In this document: positions 30,179 through 38,873 of the stretch, piece by piece | Layout: each line of letters begins with the position of its first letter | Numbering within the stretch: the stretch's first letter is position 1 | IMG/VR virus record: IMGVR_UViG_3300027754_000075 | Location: 8,748 to 72,747 of that record | From: a virus | Strand: one strand, 5' to 3' | DNA: 64,000 bases | Position numbers and translations under genes: made by a program | The notes under the pieces: model-generated | Seen by the model: only the letters and a program-made list of their open reading frames with translations | Database searches by the model: none | Told to the model about the DNA's origin: nothing

Positions 30179-30239
30179 TTATGGCACCTTTATTATCACG
30201 ACTTGGTTTAGGAAGAAGTGGTTTTGGATTTGGTAAGAA
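30124..30239 (+). repeat. 116-bp perfect direct repeat, copy 2
   Basis: Identical to 28332-28447. Confidence 0.95.
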
Positions 30240-31200
30240 AACTATTGCTGCTATTTTTAGTGCTTATGGGGCACAATTTCAAAACGCAAACTCTTTTAGT
30301 GATTCAAGCACATCTGCAATTGATGGCACAGCAAATTATGGGGCTGTTTTTTCCTATGGAGGATCAGAAGTTTTTATCTATGGTAATTTTTCCGCAGCCG
30401 ATATCCAAACAACGATTAATTTTTATACAGGACCAGGCACTCCAGCACCTTTGACTCCAAATATTGTTGGTTTGAGGGGATATAGACTTTATAGATATCC
30501 TAATAGTGCTGCTACTGGTAGTGTTGTTAAATTTACTGGTGAAGGGGTTGGAACTGATAATCATTTGATTCACGTAAGAGGTAATGGATCAACTCAAGGG
30601 TATGTAAGTGCTCCGCATCCAAATTGGAAAACATTAGATCCCGCAGGAGAATATACTTTACTTGCAAATAAAACTTTCTTTCAGGGTGGAATAACTGGTG
30701 TATTCTCTGGAAATAATACAACTATTGATAATGATGCACCGACAAGAAATAGGGTTAAATTATTAGCAGGGTCTGGGGGATCACCTGGAAGTGGTGATAT
30801 TGCAGGAGGACCTGCTGGGGGAAATGGATATTCTTTCGGAGCTGGTTGTAGAGGTGCTGGTGGGGGTGGAGGAGGAACTCAAAATGCTGCTGGGGGTGGT
30901 GGTGGCGGGCCGCACAGAACAGGAACTCCTCCATTACCCGGAAGTGGATTTTCTGGTGGAAGGGGATCTGGGGGTGCTGCAGGTAGTGGATATGATGGAT
31001 GGTATGGTGGTGGTGGTGGTGGCAGCGATGGTGGTGATTGCAGTGGTAGTGGGTACGGTGGTGGAGGGTCAAGTAGAGTTGATCCTGGACTTTCTGGAAC
31101 AAATTCATTTTACCCACCAGCAGGTCCTTCAGTTACTCCGTACTGGTACATGAATGTTCCTACTTGGGGAAGTGGTAAAATTATAGGACATAAATCATAA
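30181..31200 (+). CDS. Gly-rich tip adhesin B
   Basis: First 19 aa identical to 28389; GYDGWYGGGGG and GGGGSS motifs. Confidence 0.75.
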   Translation: MAPLLSRLGLGRSGFGFGKKTIAAIFSAYGAQFQNANSFSDSSTSAIDGTANYGAVFSYGGSEVFIYGNFSAADIQTTINFYTGPGTPAPLTPNIVGLRGYRLYRYPNSAATGSVVKFTGEGVGTDNHLIHVRGNGSTQGYVSAPHPNWKTLDPAGEYTLLANKTFFQGGITGVFSGNNTTIDNDAPTRNRVKLLAGSGGSPGSGDIAGGPAGGNGYSFGAGCRGAGGGGGGTQNAAGGGGGGPHRTGTPPLPGSGFSGGRGSGGAAGSGYDGWYGGGGGGSDGGDCSGSGYGGGGSSRVDPGLSGTNSFYPPAGPSVTPYWYMNVPTWGSGKIIGHKS

Positions 31201-31228
31201 CTTAAATTATTTTTGTTATTTTAGAATT

Positions 31229-31825
31229 ATGAAAACTTTTTTTGATTTTATATATGTGGGAGAAAATATTGTTTCTTCTTGTGATTGTAAAAATTTAATA
31301 AAATATTTTGAAAAGCATAAAGAACTTCAGGAACCAGGAAAACAAGGAAACCGTGATATTAATAAAGAATTAAAATCTTCAACAGATATTTGTTTTATTC
31401 CGGAAGATTCTTCAAATAAAGAATGCGTTAGACATCTTAACCCTTTTCTAAAATCTCTTGATAAAGAAGTTTTAGATGTTTATCTAAAAAGATTTGAATT
31501 AGGTCTCACTCAAATGGAAAAATGGTTGTTATGTCCATATTTTAACATTCAAAGATATTTTCCTGGAGAAGGTTATTTTAATTGGCATTCTGAATCATCT
31601 TCCAAGATGTCTGCGAATAGAAAGTTTGTTTGGATGTTTTATTTGAATAGTGTTAAAAATGGAGGAACAGAATTTTATCATCAAAATTTATGTACAGAAG
31701 CAAAGGAAGGTTCTTTGGTTATATGGCCTGCTGATTGGACACATTTGCACAGAGGACAAATTGGACAAAATGAAGTAAAATATATTTTGACCGGATGGTA
31801 TACTTTTAATGGAGAAGCTTCTTAA
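31229..31825 (+). CDS. 2OG-Fe(II) oxygenase (prolyl hydroxylase-like)
   Basis: IQRY.PG..YFNWHSE...WMFYLN...GGTEF...WPADWTHLHRG...KYILTGW. Confidence 0.88.
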   Translation: MKTFFDFIYVGENIVSSCDCKNLIKYFEKHKELQEPGKQGNRDINKELKSSTDICFIPEDSSNKECVRHLNPFLKSLDKEVLDVYLKRFELGLTQMEKWLLCPYFNIQRYFPGEGYFNWHSESSSKMSANRKFVWMFYLNSVKNGGTEFYHQNLCTEAKEGSLVIWPADWTHLHRGQIGQNEVKYILTGWYTFNGEAS

Positions 31826-32380
31826 ATGTTTAAAATAAGATCGGACAATATGTTTTCATTACCAATCTACACTGTTAGAACACAGAATTGGAAAGAAAAA
31901 AAGAAAAAAATAAAAAAAGAAATCAATTTTAAAAATATAGAAAAAAAAGAACTTCATACTTTTGGAACAGATAGGCAAAATGATGGTAAATCATATATAA
32001 AACATTTTAGTAATATTTTTAAAGAAGAATTGGATCTTTTTTTGGATGAAATAAAAAAAGAATCTATGATTATAACTGACATGTGGACTGTCAGATATAG
32101 ACACTCAGAATATCAATCAGTTCATAATCATGGTTCTTTTGGATTTTCCTCAGTTCTTTATTTGGATTTCAATTCAAAACTTCACGATACAACTAATTTT
32201 ATTTCACCATTTAATGATTTTTATACAGATCATTTAACTTGGTATGTTCCATATGATATTGAAGAAGGAGATTTTTTATTTTTTCCTTCAGTAGTCCTTC
32301 ACCATTGTACTCCAAATTTTTCCTTTATAACTAGAAGATGTATAGGATTTGATATTAAGTTTGAACTACCTAGGAGTTAA
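31826..32380 (+). CDS. putative 2OG-Fe(II) oxygenase (TIGR02466-like)
   Basis: QSVHNH...FSSVLY...EGD..FFPS..LH...RRCIGFD. Confidence 0.8.
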   Translation: MFKIRSDNMFSLPIYTVRTQNWKEKKKKIKKEINFKNIEKKELHTFGTDRQNDGKSYIKHFSNIFKEELDLFLDEIKKESMIITDMWTVRYRHSEYQSVHNHGSFGFSSVLYLDFNSKLHDTTNFISPFNDFYTDHLTWYVPYDIEEGDFLFFPSVVLHHCTPNFSFITRRCIGFDIKFELPRS

Positions 32381-32381
32381 A

Positions 32382-33077
32382 ATGACTTTTACTGATGAAC
32401 AAATAAAAATACAACAAAAAGAAAGATATCTTTCATGTTGGAGTCGGAATGAAAATTTTGACACAGATGGATATCTTTTTATTAAAAATTTTTTAGATCT
32501 AGAAAATTTAAATCATCCAAAAGATGTTATTCCGGGAATAAAAGAATATTTTGGAAACATAAATTTGTGGGATCATAGGAATGAAGATCAAGTACCAGGA
32601 TCCTCGTCAAGAATAAAATATCCTCCATATAAAAAATTATATTATGAAACGAAAGAAAAAATTGAAAATATATTAGGAAGAAAACTTTACACAACATATT
32701 ACCTTGATAGAATATACTACCCAAATCAACAACTTTATAAACATTTGGACAGAGATGCTTGTGAGATTTCTGTGTCTATTCACTTATCTTCAAATCTAAA
32801 AGAAAATTGGCCTTTTAAATTGGAAACAAGAACTTGGTATACGAATAAAAAAATGAAAGAACTTTGGAAAGAAGGTGAAGAAGTAGAGATTCTTTTCAAT
32901 CCCGGAGATGCAATAATTTACATGGGATGTGAAGTTCCACACTGGAGAGATCCTTTAAAATCGAAACATAATAAATTGAGTCGTATTTTTAAAAATGATG
33001 ATACATACTATCATCAATTATTTTTTCATTATGTTTTTTCAAATGGTGATAGGGCACATTATTATCGACATGTATGA
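32382..33077 (+). CDS. 2OG-Fe(II) oxygenase-like protein
   Basis: LYKHLDRDACEISVS...PGDAIIY.G...HWR...HQLFFHY; start moved to the ATG after AGGAG at 32372. Confidence 0.8.
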   Translation: MTFTDEQIKIQQKERYLSCWSRNENFDTDGYLFIKNFLDLENLNHPKDVIPGIKEYFGNINLWDHRNEDQVPGSSSRIKYPPYKKLYYETKEKIENILGRKLYTTYYLDRIYYPNQQLYKHLDRDACEISVSIHLSSNLKENWPFKLETRTWYTNKKMKELWKEGEEVEILFNPGDAIIYMGCEVPHWRDPLKSKHNKLSRIFKNDDTYYHQLFFHYVFSNGDRAHYYRHV

Positions 33078-33732
33078 AAAAAATAAAAAAAATATGGAAA
33101 AAACTTTAAAAGATTTAAATGAGACTTGGAAAGAAACTCCTTTTGAAAAAAAACACTTTTTAGATACTTATGATAATGAATTTTTTAAATTTAAAAATAA
33201 ATTAGATTTAAGAATTCTAGAACTTGGAATTGATAAAGGCGGATCTCTTGAACTGTGGGAATCTTATTTTTCTAACTTATCCTTATTAGTTGGAGTTGAA
33301 AAAGACAATTCAAAAATAGAGGGAAATTTTGGTGATAAAATCAGAATTGAAATAGGAGATTTGAGTAAAATAGAATTTTATGATAGAATAAAAAGATATG
33401 GATCATTTGATATTATTATTGATGATGCATCACATAAAGCATCGGATATAATTTTATCTTTCAATAATCTTTTCCCAATCCTTTCTGTTGGTGGAATATA
33501 TTGTATTGAAAATGTTTATTACTCAGGAACTGGAGAGTACAATAACCAATCCCTTCAAAAATTTATTCAAGATTTGATTATAAATGCAAATGGAATTACT
33601 GATTGTTTAGATTTGCCCGAGAGAATGAATCAATTTTCTTGGTGGATAAAATCTATTCATATAGAAAATCAATTAATTATTATTAGAAAAGGATTATGGA
33701 ACTATGAGAAAAGACATTCTGGTTGTAGATAA
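33070..33732 (+). CDS. class I SAM-dependent methyltransferase (sugar O-methyltransferase-like)
   Basis: ILELGIDKGGSL.LW...FDIIIDDASH...GGIYCIE; start is 33070 or 33094. Confidence 0.8.
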   Translation: MYEKNKKNMEKTLKDLNETWKETPFEKKHFLDTYDNEFFKFKNKLDLRILELGIDKGGSLELWESYFSNLSLLVGVEKDNSKIEGNFGDKIRIEIGDLSKIEFYDRIKRYGSFDIIIDDASHKASDIILSFNNLFPILSVGGIYCIENVYYSGTGEYNNQSLQKFIQDLIINANGITDCLDLPERMNQFSWWIKSIHIENQLIIIRKGLWNYEKRHSGCR

Positions 33733-34228
33733 CTTTATAGGACCAACAGATCTTGGTGCAGCATATTTAGATTTAAGAAACAATTTTTATTGGAATGTTG
33801 CTTCAGATGCTCCAGGATCAAATATAAGAAAGGCTGCTTTTGGAAGAGGATTTGAGCATCAAGATCTTTTAAAAGCATATGATACTATTCCTATGGTAAG
33901 TTATTTTGATAATTACATTAAAAGCAGAGGATTGCCAAACTGTGGGTCATTAAGACAATTTTATGTCAATTGTGTTAAACCTGGAGATAAATTTAACTAT
34001 CATGAAGATAGATCAGGAAGCACTGTTTTGATATACGTAAACCCAGTATGGAAATGGCATTGGGGATCTGGTACAAAATTTAAAAAAGGTTTTAAAACTT
34101 TTATCGTTAAACCAAAACCAGGGAGAATGATTTGTTTTCCTGGCAAAACAAAACATAAACCCATTCCCCCAAATTTTTGGTATAATGATTTTGGTAGATT
34201 GTCTATTGCATTTCAATATGAGTTATAA
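33704..34228 (+). CDS. 2OG-Fe(II) oxygenase
   Basis: YHED...TVLIYVNPVW...WGSGT.F...PKPGR...H...RLSIAF. Confidence 0.8.
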   Translation: MRKDILVVDNFIGPTDLGAAYLDLRNNFYWNVASDAPGSNIRKAAFGRGFEHQDLLKAYDTIPMVSYFDNYIKSRGLPNCGSLRQFYVNCVKPGDKFNYHEDRSGSTVLIYVNPVWKWHWGSGTKFKKGFKTFIVKPKPGRMICFPGKTKHKPIPPNFWYNDFGRLSIAFQYEL

Positions 34229-34830
34229 TTAAATAATTGATAATCTTTGAAATAATACTCTCGAATCCAACTTTTTACTTCATCCTCACATTTTAATTTA
34301 TCATAAAAATCTGTTGGTAATCTATCATAAGTATATCTTTTACATTTAACTGACAAATTAACATTAAAATTTTCACTTATCCATTGCAAAAAATTTTCAC
34401 CAAATCCATCTTCATATTTCCATACTTTTGTAGTTGGAGATAAAAATTTATACTGATCTAAAAACCAATTTGTTTCATAACTTGTTATCTCTTTTTCAAA
34501 AGTTAAGTAACTGAACAAATTTTCTTTGCTTGAAAGTATAAAATCTATATTAATTTTATTATTATGCAAAACTTGACTTATTGAAGAAATGAATTTATTA
34601 TATGGATCTCTAACCACACAAAATTTTGGCAAATCTTTTACATTTAAATAATAATCATATAATGGATAATGTAAATGATGTTGGTTTACTCCTCTAATTT
34701 GAGATTCATCTTTTTTTGAATTCCATTCATTTGCAATAAATAATTTTATGACATGTCTACCTGCAGTTCTTGGTATATGAACAAAATATAATTCTCTTTC
34801 TTTATCAACAAGTTTGGGCATCAGATACAT
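34213..34830 (-). CDS. sulfotransferase (Sulfotransfer_2-like)
   Basis: YFVHIPRTAG (5'-PSB), VVRDPY..FISS (3'-PB), YYFKDYQLFNY end. Confidence 0.8.
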   Translation of the reverse strand: MYLMPKLVDKERELYFVHIPRTAGRHVIKLFIANEWNSKKDESQIRGVNQHHLHYPLYDYYLNVKDLPKFCVVRDPYNKFISSISQVLHNNKINIDFILSSKENLFSYLTFEKEITSYETNWFLDQYKFLSPTTKVWKYEDGFGENFLQWISENFNVNLSVKCKRYTYDRLPTDFYDKLKCEDEVKSWIREYYFKDYQLFNYNSY

Positions 34831-34850
34831 TAAATAATTATAGATTATAT

Positions 34851-35480
34851 ATGGATATAAAATTACATTCTCTTTTTCCGACCGCTGTTATTTCAGTTCT
34901 TGATAATAATTTTAAATTAACTCAAGAAGAAAAGAAAGTGATTTGGAAATATAAATTAGATGAAAGTGATAATTATCACAACTGTTATGCAAGTAAAAGT
35001 GGTAGAATATTGGAAGATCGTCGTCTCAAACGTTTAAAAAAACATTGTCAACATTATCTTGATTTATATGTAAAAGATATAATGAAGTGCGATAATAAGA
35101 TTCAAATTACAAATTCATGGGGTAACTATTCTTTCACGGGCAATTGCCACAGAAATCATCGTCATTCAAATAGTGTTTTAAGTGGTATTTATTATGTGCA
35201 ATGTAATAATTCAATTCCTATTTTACAATTTGAAAGTCAAACATCTAGATATTTCTTAGAATATAGAGTTGAGGAACAAACTGTTTTTAATAGTTCAACA
35301 TATCAGATAAAATTAGAGGATGGTATGTTAGTAATTTTTCCATCACACATCTGGCATTCTGTTCCCGAAAATAAATCATCTAATTGGAGAATATCCATGG
35401 CATTTAATTCTTTTCTTTTGGGAGAAATTGACAATTATGGATATGAAGAATTGAAAATTAAAAGCACCAATCATGTCTAA
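34851..35480 (+). CDS. putative 2OG-Fe(II) oxygenase (TIGR02466-like)
   Basis: LFPT...ITNSWGN...HRHSNSVLSGIYY...IFPSHIWHSV...RISMAFN; start reassigned to MDIK. Confidence 0.85.
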   Translation: MDIKLHSLFPTAVISVLDNNFKLTQEEKKVIWKYKLDESDNYHNCYASKSGRILEDRRLKRLKKHCQHYLDLYVKDIMKCDNKIQITNSWGNYSFTGNCHRNHRHSNSVLSGIYYVQCNNSIPILQFESQTSRYFLEYRVEEQTVFNSSTYQIKLEDGMLVIFPSHIWHSVPENKSSNWRISMAFNSFLLGEIDNYGYEELKIKSTNHV

Positions 35481-36108
35481 TTCTACAATATTCCCTCTTT
35501 TTTCAACGCCAGTATATAAAACAGAAATTTTATTTAATGAAAAAGAACAATATTTTTTAAAAAATAAATTAGATAAAATAAATTATTTAAAATATGACTC
35601 TGATAATGGATATTCAACAAAACAAAAAAATATATTAAATATATCTTCTCTTTTTAATATAAAACGCCAAATAAATGATCATGTTAATAAGTATGTTTTT
35701 GAAACTTTATGTTTAAACAAAATTGATTTGTACATAACTTCTTCCTGGATAAATCTTCACCAAAAAGGAAATTATGCACAACCACATATACATCAAAATT
35801 CTATTTTTAGTGGAGTTTTATATTTAGAAGTTCCAAACGAAAATTGTGGACAAATTACCTTTCACTTTCCTTTTCAATTACCAACCTTTACATCAAATAC
35901 AATTTATCCAGGAGTAAAAAATAGGAATATATACAATTCACACTCTTGGAGTTTTAATCCAAAATCAGGAGATTTATTAATTTTTCCTTCTCATCTAATG
36001 CACGATGTTGGAATAAATCAATCAGATCAAAACAGATATAGTTTGTCATTTAATTATTTTGCTAGAGGTAAAATATCAGGAGAAAAAACAAAAGAATTAT
36101 ATATTTAA
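35473..36108 (+). CDS. putative 2OG-Fe(II) oxygenase (TIGR02466-like)
   Basis: LFSTP...SSWIN...HIHQNSIFSGVLY...IFPSHLMH.V...RYSLSFN. Confidence 0.85.
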   Translation: MSNSTIFPLFSTPVYKTEILFNEKEQYFLKNKLDKINYLKYDSDNGYSTKQKNILNISSLFNIKRQINDHVNKYVFETLCLNKIDLYITSSWINLHQKGNYAQPHIHQNSIFSGVLYLEVPNENCGQITFHFPFQLPTFTSNTIYPGVKNRNIYNSHSWSFNPKSGDLLIFPSHLMHDVGINQSDQNRYSLSFNYFARGKISGEKTKELYI

Positions 36109-36132
36109 ATAAATAACTTAAAAAGGTATAAA

Positions 36133-36309
36133 ATGGCAATTTCATCTGAAGGACTATCTCAAGAAGAATATGAAAATTTAGATATGTTTCCATCTTGGAA
36201 TTTGATTGATGGTGTTTGGACTCCTCCAATTCCTAAACCAACTGATGGAATGATATATTGCTGGGATGAAGAAAATGAAAATTGGAAATGTGCAAATATT
36301 CAGGAATAA
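36133..36309 (+). CDS. small Trp/Pro-rich protein (58 aa), fibre-associated type
   Basis: Not in the ORF track. FPSWNL...WTPPIPKPTDG..YCWDEE...W; has its own late promoter at 36109; same motif as 49846. Confidence 0.7.
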   Translation: MAISSEGLSQEEYENLDMFPSWNLIDGVWTPPIPKPTDGMIYCWDEENENWKCANIQE

Positions 36310-36433
36310 AATTTTTTACAATTGTTGCAATTAAGAAAATGTCACCTTTATTGGAACGATTTGTTCTGATGATAAGTGTAGAGTGAATGTGAACTTTAAC
36401 TTCTTTTGATTGATAAATATCTAAAAAACCACA

Positions 36434-36766
36434 ATGGCAGTTCCAGCAGTCAATATTACAATTGAACAGGGTGCGGATTTTGCATCTTCATTTACGATTA
36501 CAAATGCAAATGGTTCTGTATATTCATTAGTAGGTGCAAGTGCAGTCGCAAAAATCAAAAAGTTTCCAGAGTCCACTACTTCTTATTCTTTCTCAACCAC
36601 GATTACAATCGCAACAGGTGTGATTGCTCTTGCGATGACCGATACTGTTACTTCCACAATCACTCCAGGAAGATATTTTTATGATATCTTGGTCACAAAC
36701 AGTTCCGGACTCAAAACCAGAGTGATTGAAGGAATGGCTCTGGTGACTGCAGGTATCTCGACATAA
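36434..36766 (+). CDS. small structural adaptor (BppU/Ig-like)
   Basis: NITIEQGADF...GRYFYDILV...TRVIEG motif. Confidence 0.6.
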   Translation: MAVPAVNITIEQGADFASSFTITNANGSVYSLVGASAVAKIKKFPESTTSYSFSTTITIATGVIALAMTDTVTSTITPGRYFYDILVTNSSGLKTRVIEGMALVTAGIST

Positions 36767-36791
36767 ATATTTAAAATTTCTTACCTTACTC

Positions 36792-37115
36792 ATGGCAGAT
36801 TTTAAGGTATCTCAAAACAGTGAGTCAAGTGCTCATAGTGTGAAATTGAGTTCTGGTAATAGTTTTACAATCAGTCAGGAGAAAACAGTAGTGGCAGAAT
36901 TTCTTTCAGATTTAGCAGACGTTGCAGTCTCAAATCTTCCTGCAAGTGATAACTATGTTCTGACATATGATGCATCACTTCAAAAATATACTTTAGTTCC
37001 TGCAGATCAAGTTTTACAATCTGCTGCCGAGGATAATCAACTTCCTCAAGAGTTTATAGACCAACTGGATGTTGCTCTAGATGATAAAATTGATGTGGAT
37101 GCGGGAGGCTTTTAA
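36792..37115 (+). CDS. hypothetical structural protein
   Basis: LSDLADV...YVLTYD fibre-type motif; ends IDVDAGGF. Confidence 0.6.
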   Translation: MADFKVSQNSESSAHSVKLSSGNSFTISQEKTVVAEFLSDLADVAVSNLPASDNYVLTYDASLQKYTLVPADQVLQSAAEDNQLPQEFIDQLDVALDDKIDVDAGGF

Positions 37116-37146
37116 AATCATAAATAGGTAGAAAGAGTATAAAAAG

Positions 37147-38598
37147 ATGCCAGCTCCTGTTTTACAGTTTAAGAGGGGTCTTCTTGCTGATCTTCCCGGT
37201 CTTAGGGATGGTGAACCCGGATTTACAACTGATTCATATGACTTATATGTAGGTATTGATAGTACCACAAATAATAATAAGTTTTTTGGTTCTCATCGTT
37301 ACTGGACAAAAAATACAGCATCTACAGGAAGTGGTGTTAATTTTGTAGAGGGTGCTGCAAATGGAATACAATATATCACTCTCAAGTCACCAGATACTCT
37401 TGCAGGTATCACAACCTTTGTGCTTCCGGGGTCTCAGGGTTCGGCATCTTCCGTTCTGACGAATGATGGTAGTGGAAATCTAAGTTGGTCAAGTGGTTCT
37501 GCATCTCCGGTTTTTAGTGGTATTGCATCTTTTACAGACACAACCAACAATACTTTAGGTGACGAGAATACTGGTGCGGTTCAAATTGATGGTGGTCTTG
37601 GTATTGCAAAAAACCTTACAGTTAAGCAAAATCTTCATGTTGGTGGGTATGCAGAGTTTGTTGGAGTCGTAACATTTAAGGGTGGAACAATTAATATTGG
37701 TGATGGAAACACCGATGATATTAATGTCGGTGGTGAGTTTATTTCAAGTCTCCTTCCAAATACCGATGATGCTCACGATTTAGGTACTAATGCAAAGAGA
37801 TGGAGAAATCTGAATGTAGTAAGTGTTGCGACTACAAATATTAGTGTTACTGGTCTTTCTACCTTTACTGGTGCTATTGATGCGAACGGTGGTGCTGATA
37901 TTTCTGGTGGTGAAACAACTCTTTCTTCGGCAACGGTATCTGACCTAACTTCTGGTAGAGTAGTTCTTGCCGGAACTTCCGGTTCTATTCAAGATAGTGC
38001 AAATCTTACCTTTGGTGCTGGTGGACTCGTTATTGGTGCTAGTGGTATTAATGTTACTGGCGTTTCTACTTTCTCTACAGATTTGGTTGTTGGTGGTGAT
38101 ATAAGAATTAATGGTAATGATATTAAGGCATCTGATGGTACAACTGCGATTACACTTGCAGGTAACGATGTTACGATTGCTGATGACCTCACAGTTGGTG
38201 GAAACCTTTATGTAAATGGATCTACAACTCAAGTTAATACTGCTGCTCTTACAGTAGAAGACAGAACGATTGATTTGGGTATTGTGAATGGTGCTGCTCC
38301 TTCAGGTGCAACCACTTGGGATTTGGGTGTTCTCTTCAATTACCATGCAAGTGGTGCTGCAAAAAAATCAGCAGTTATTTGGGAACATGTAGACTCAAGA
38401 TTTAAGTTCGCAAGTGTTCTTACTGCTGACACTGATGGTTCAACTGTAGACACCCCACAACTTACAGTCACGACATTTGCACCGATTGAGATTGCATCTC
38501 TCTTTGTGAATGATTGTGCAGGAGCATCACAGGTAATTTCTTGCACAGGAACTACAAGAAAACTAGAAAACATTACGATTGACTGTGGAACTTTCTAA
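37147..38598 (+). CDS. tail fibre with Mtd/hyaluronidase-like N-terminus
   Basis: LQFKRG...L.DGEPGFTTD; NLYVNGSTTQVNT..LTVEDR; ends IDCGTF. Confidence 0.75.
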   Translation: MPAPVLQFKRGLLADLPGLRDGEPGFTTDSYDLYVGIDSTTNNNKFFGSHRYWTKNTASTGSGVNFVEGAANGIQYITLKSPDTLAGITTFVLPGSQGSASSVLTNDGSGNLSWSSGSASPVFSGIASFTDTTNNTLGDENTGAVQIDGGLGIAKNLTVKQNLHVGGYAEFVGVVTFKGGTINIGDGNTDDINVGGEFISSLLPNTDDAHDLGTNAKRWRNLNVVSVATTNISVTGLSTFTGAIDANGGADISGGETTLSSATVSDLTSGRVVLAGTSGSIQDSANLTFGAGGLVIGASGINVTGVSTFSTDLVVGGDIRINGNDIKASDGTTAITLAGNDVTIADDLTVGGNLYVNGSTTQVNTAALTVEDRTIDLGIVNGAAPSGATTWDLGVLFNYHASGAAKKSAVIWEHVDSRFKFASVLTADTDGSTVDTPQLTVTTFAPIEIASLFVNDCAGASQVISCTGTTRKLENITIDCGTF

Positions 38599-38623
38599 TA
38601 AATAAGAGAAACTTTCTTATTTT

Positions 38624-38800
38624 ATGACCGAAGAAGACTATGCAGCCGTGATTGCATCATATCAACAAAAAGCATTTGAGTTGTTTAATCAAAATATTGT
38701 TTTAGAAACACAGGTTAATAGTTTAACAAAAACAATCAATTCTTTAACTTCTCAAATTGAACAATATGAGTTAAGAGATATTGATTTAGGCAAAAATTAA
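38624..38800 (+). CDS. small coiled-coil protein (58 aa), possible fibre chaperone
   Basis: Not in the ORF track. YQQKAFELFNQNIVLETQVNSL heptads; late promoter at 38598. Confidence 0.65.
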   Translation: MTEEDYAAVIASYQQKAFELFNQNIVLETQVNSLTKTINSLTSQIEQYELRDIDLGKN

Positions 38801-38873
38801 TTTTGATAAATATATAATAATCTTCCAATATATATTGGATTCTTATGGTATATACCAAATATGAGGAATTTGA

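Noticed and set aside
28332-30239. Invertase-driven shufflon
   Set aside because: The repeats are direct, all tips are on the same strand, and no recombinase is present in the window.
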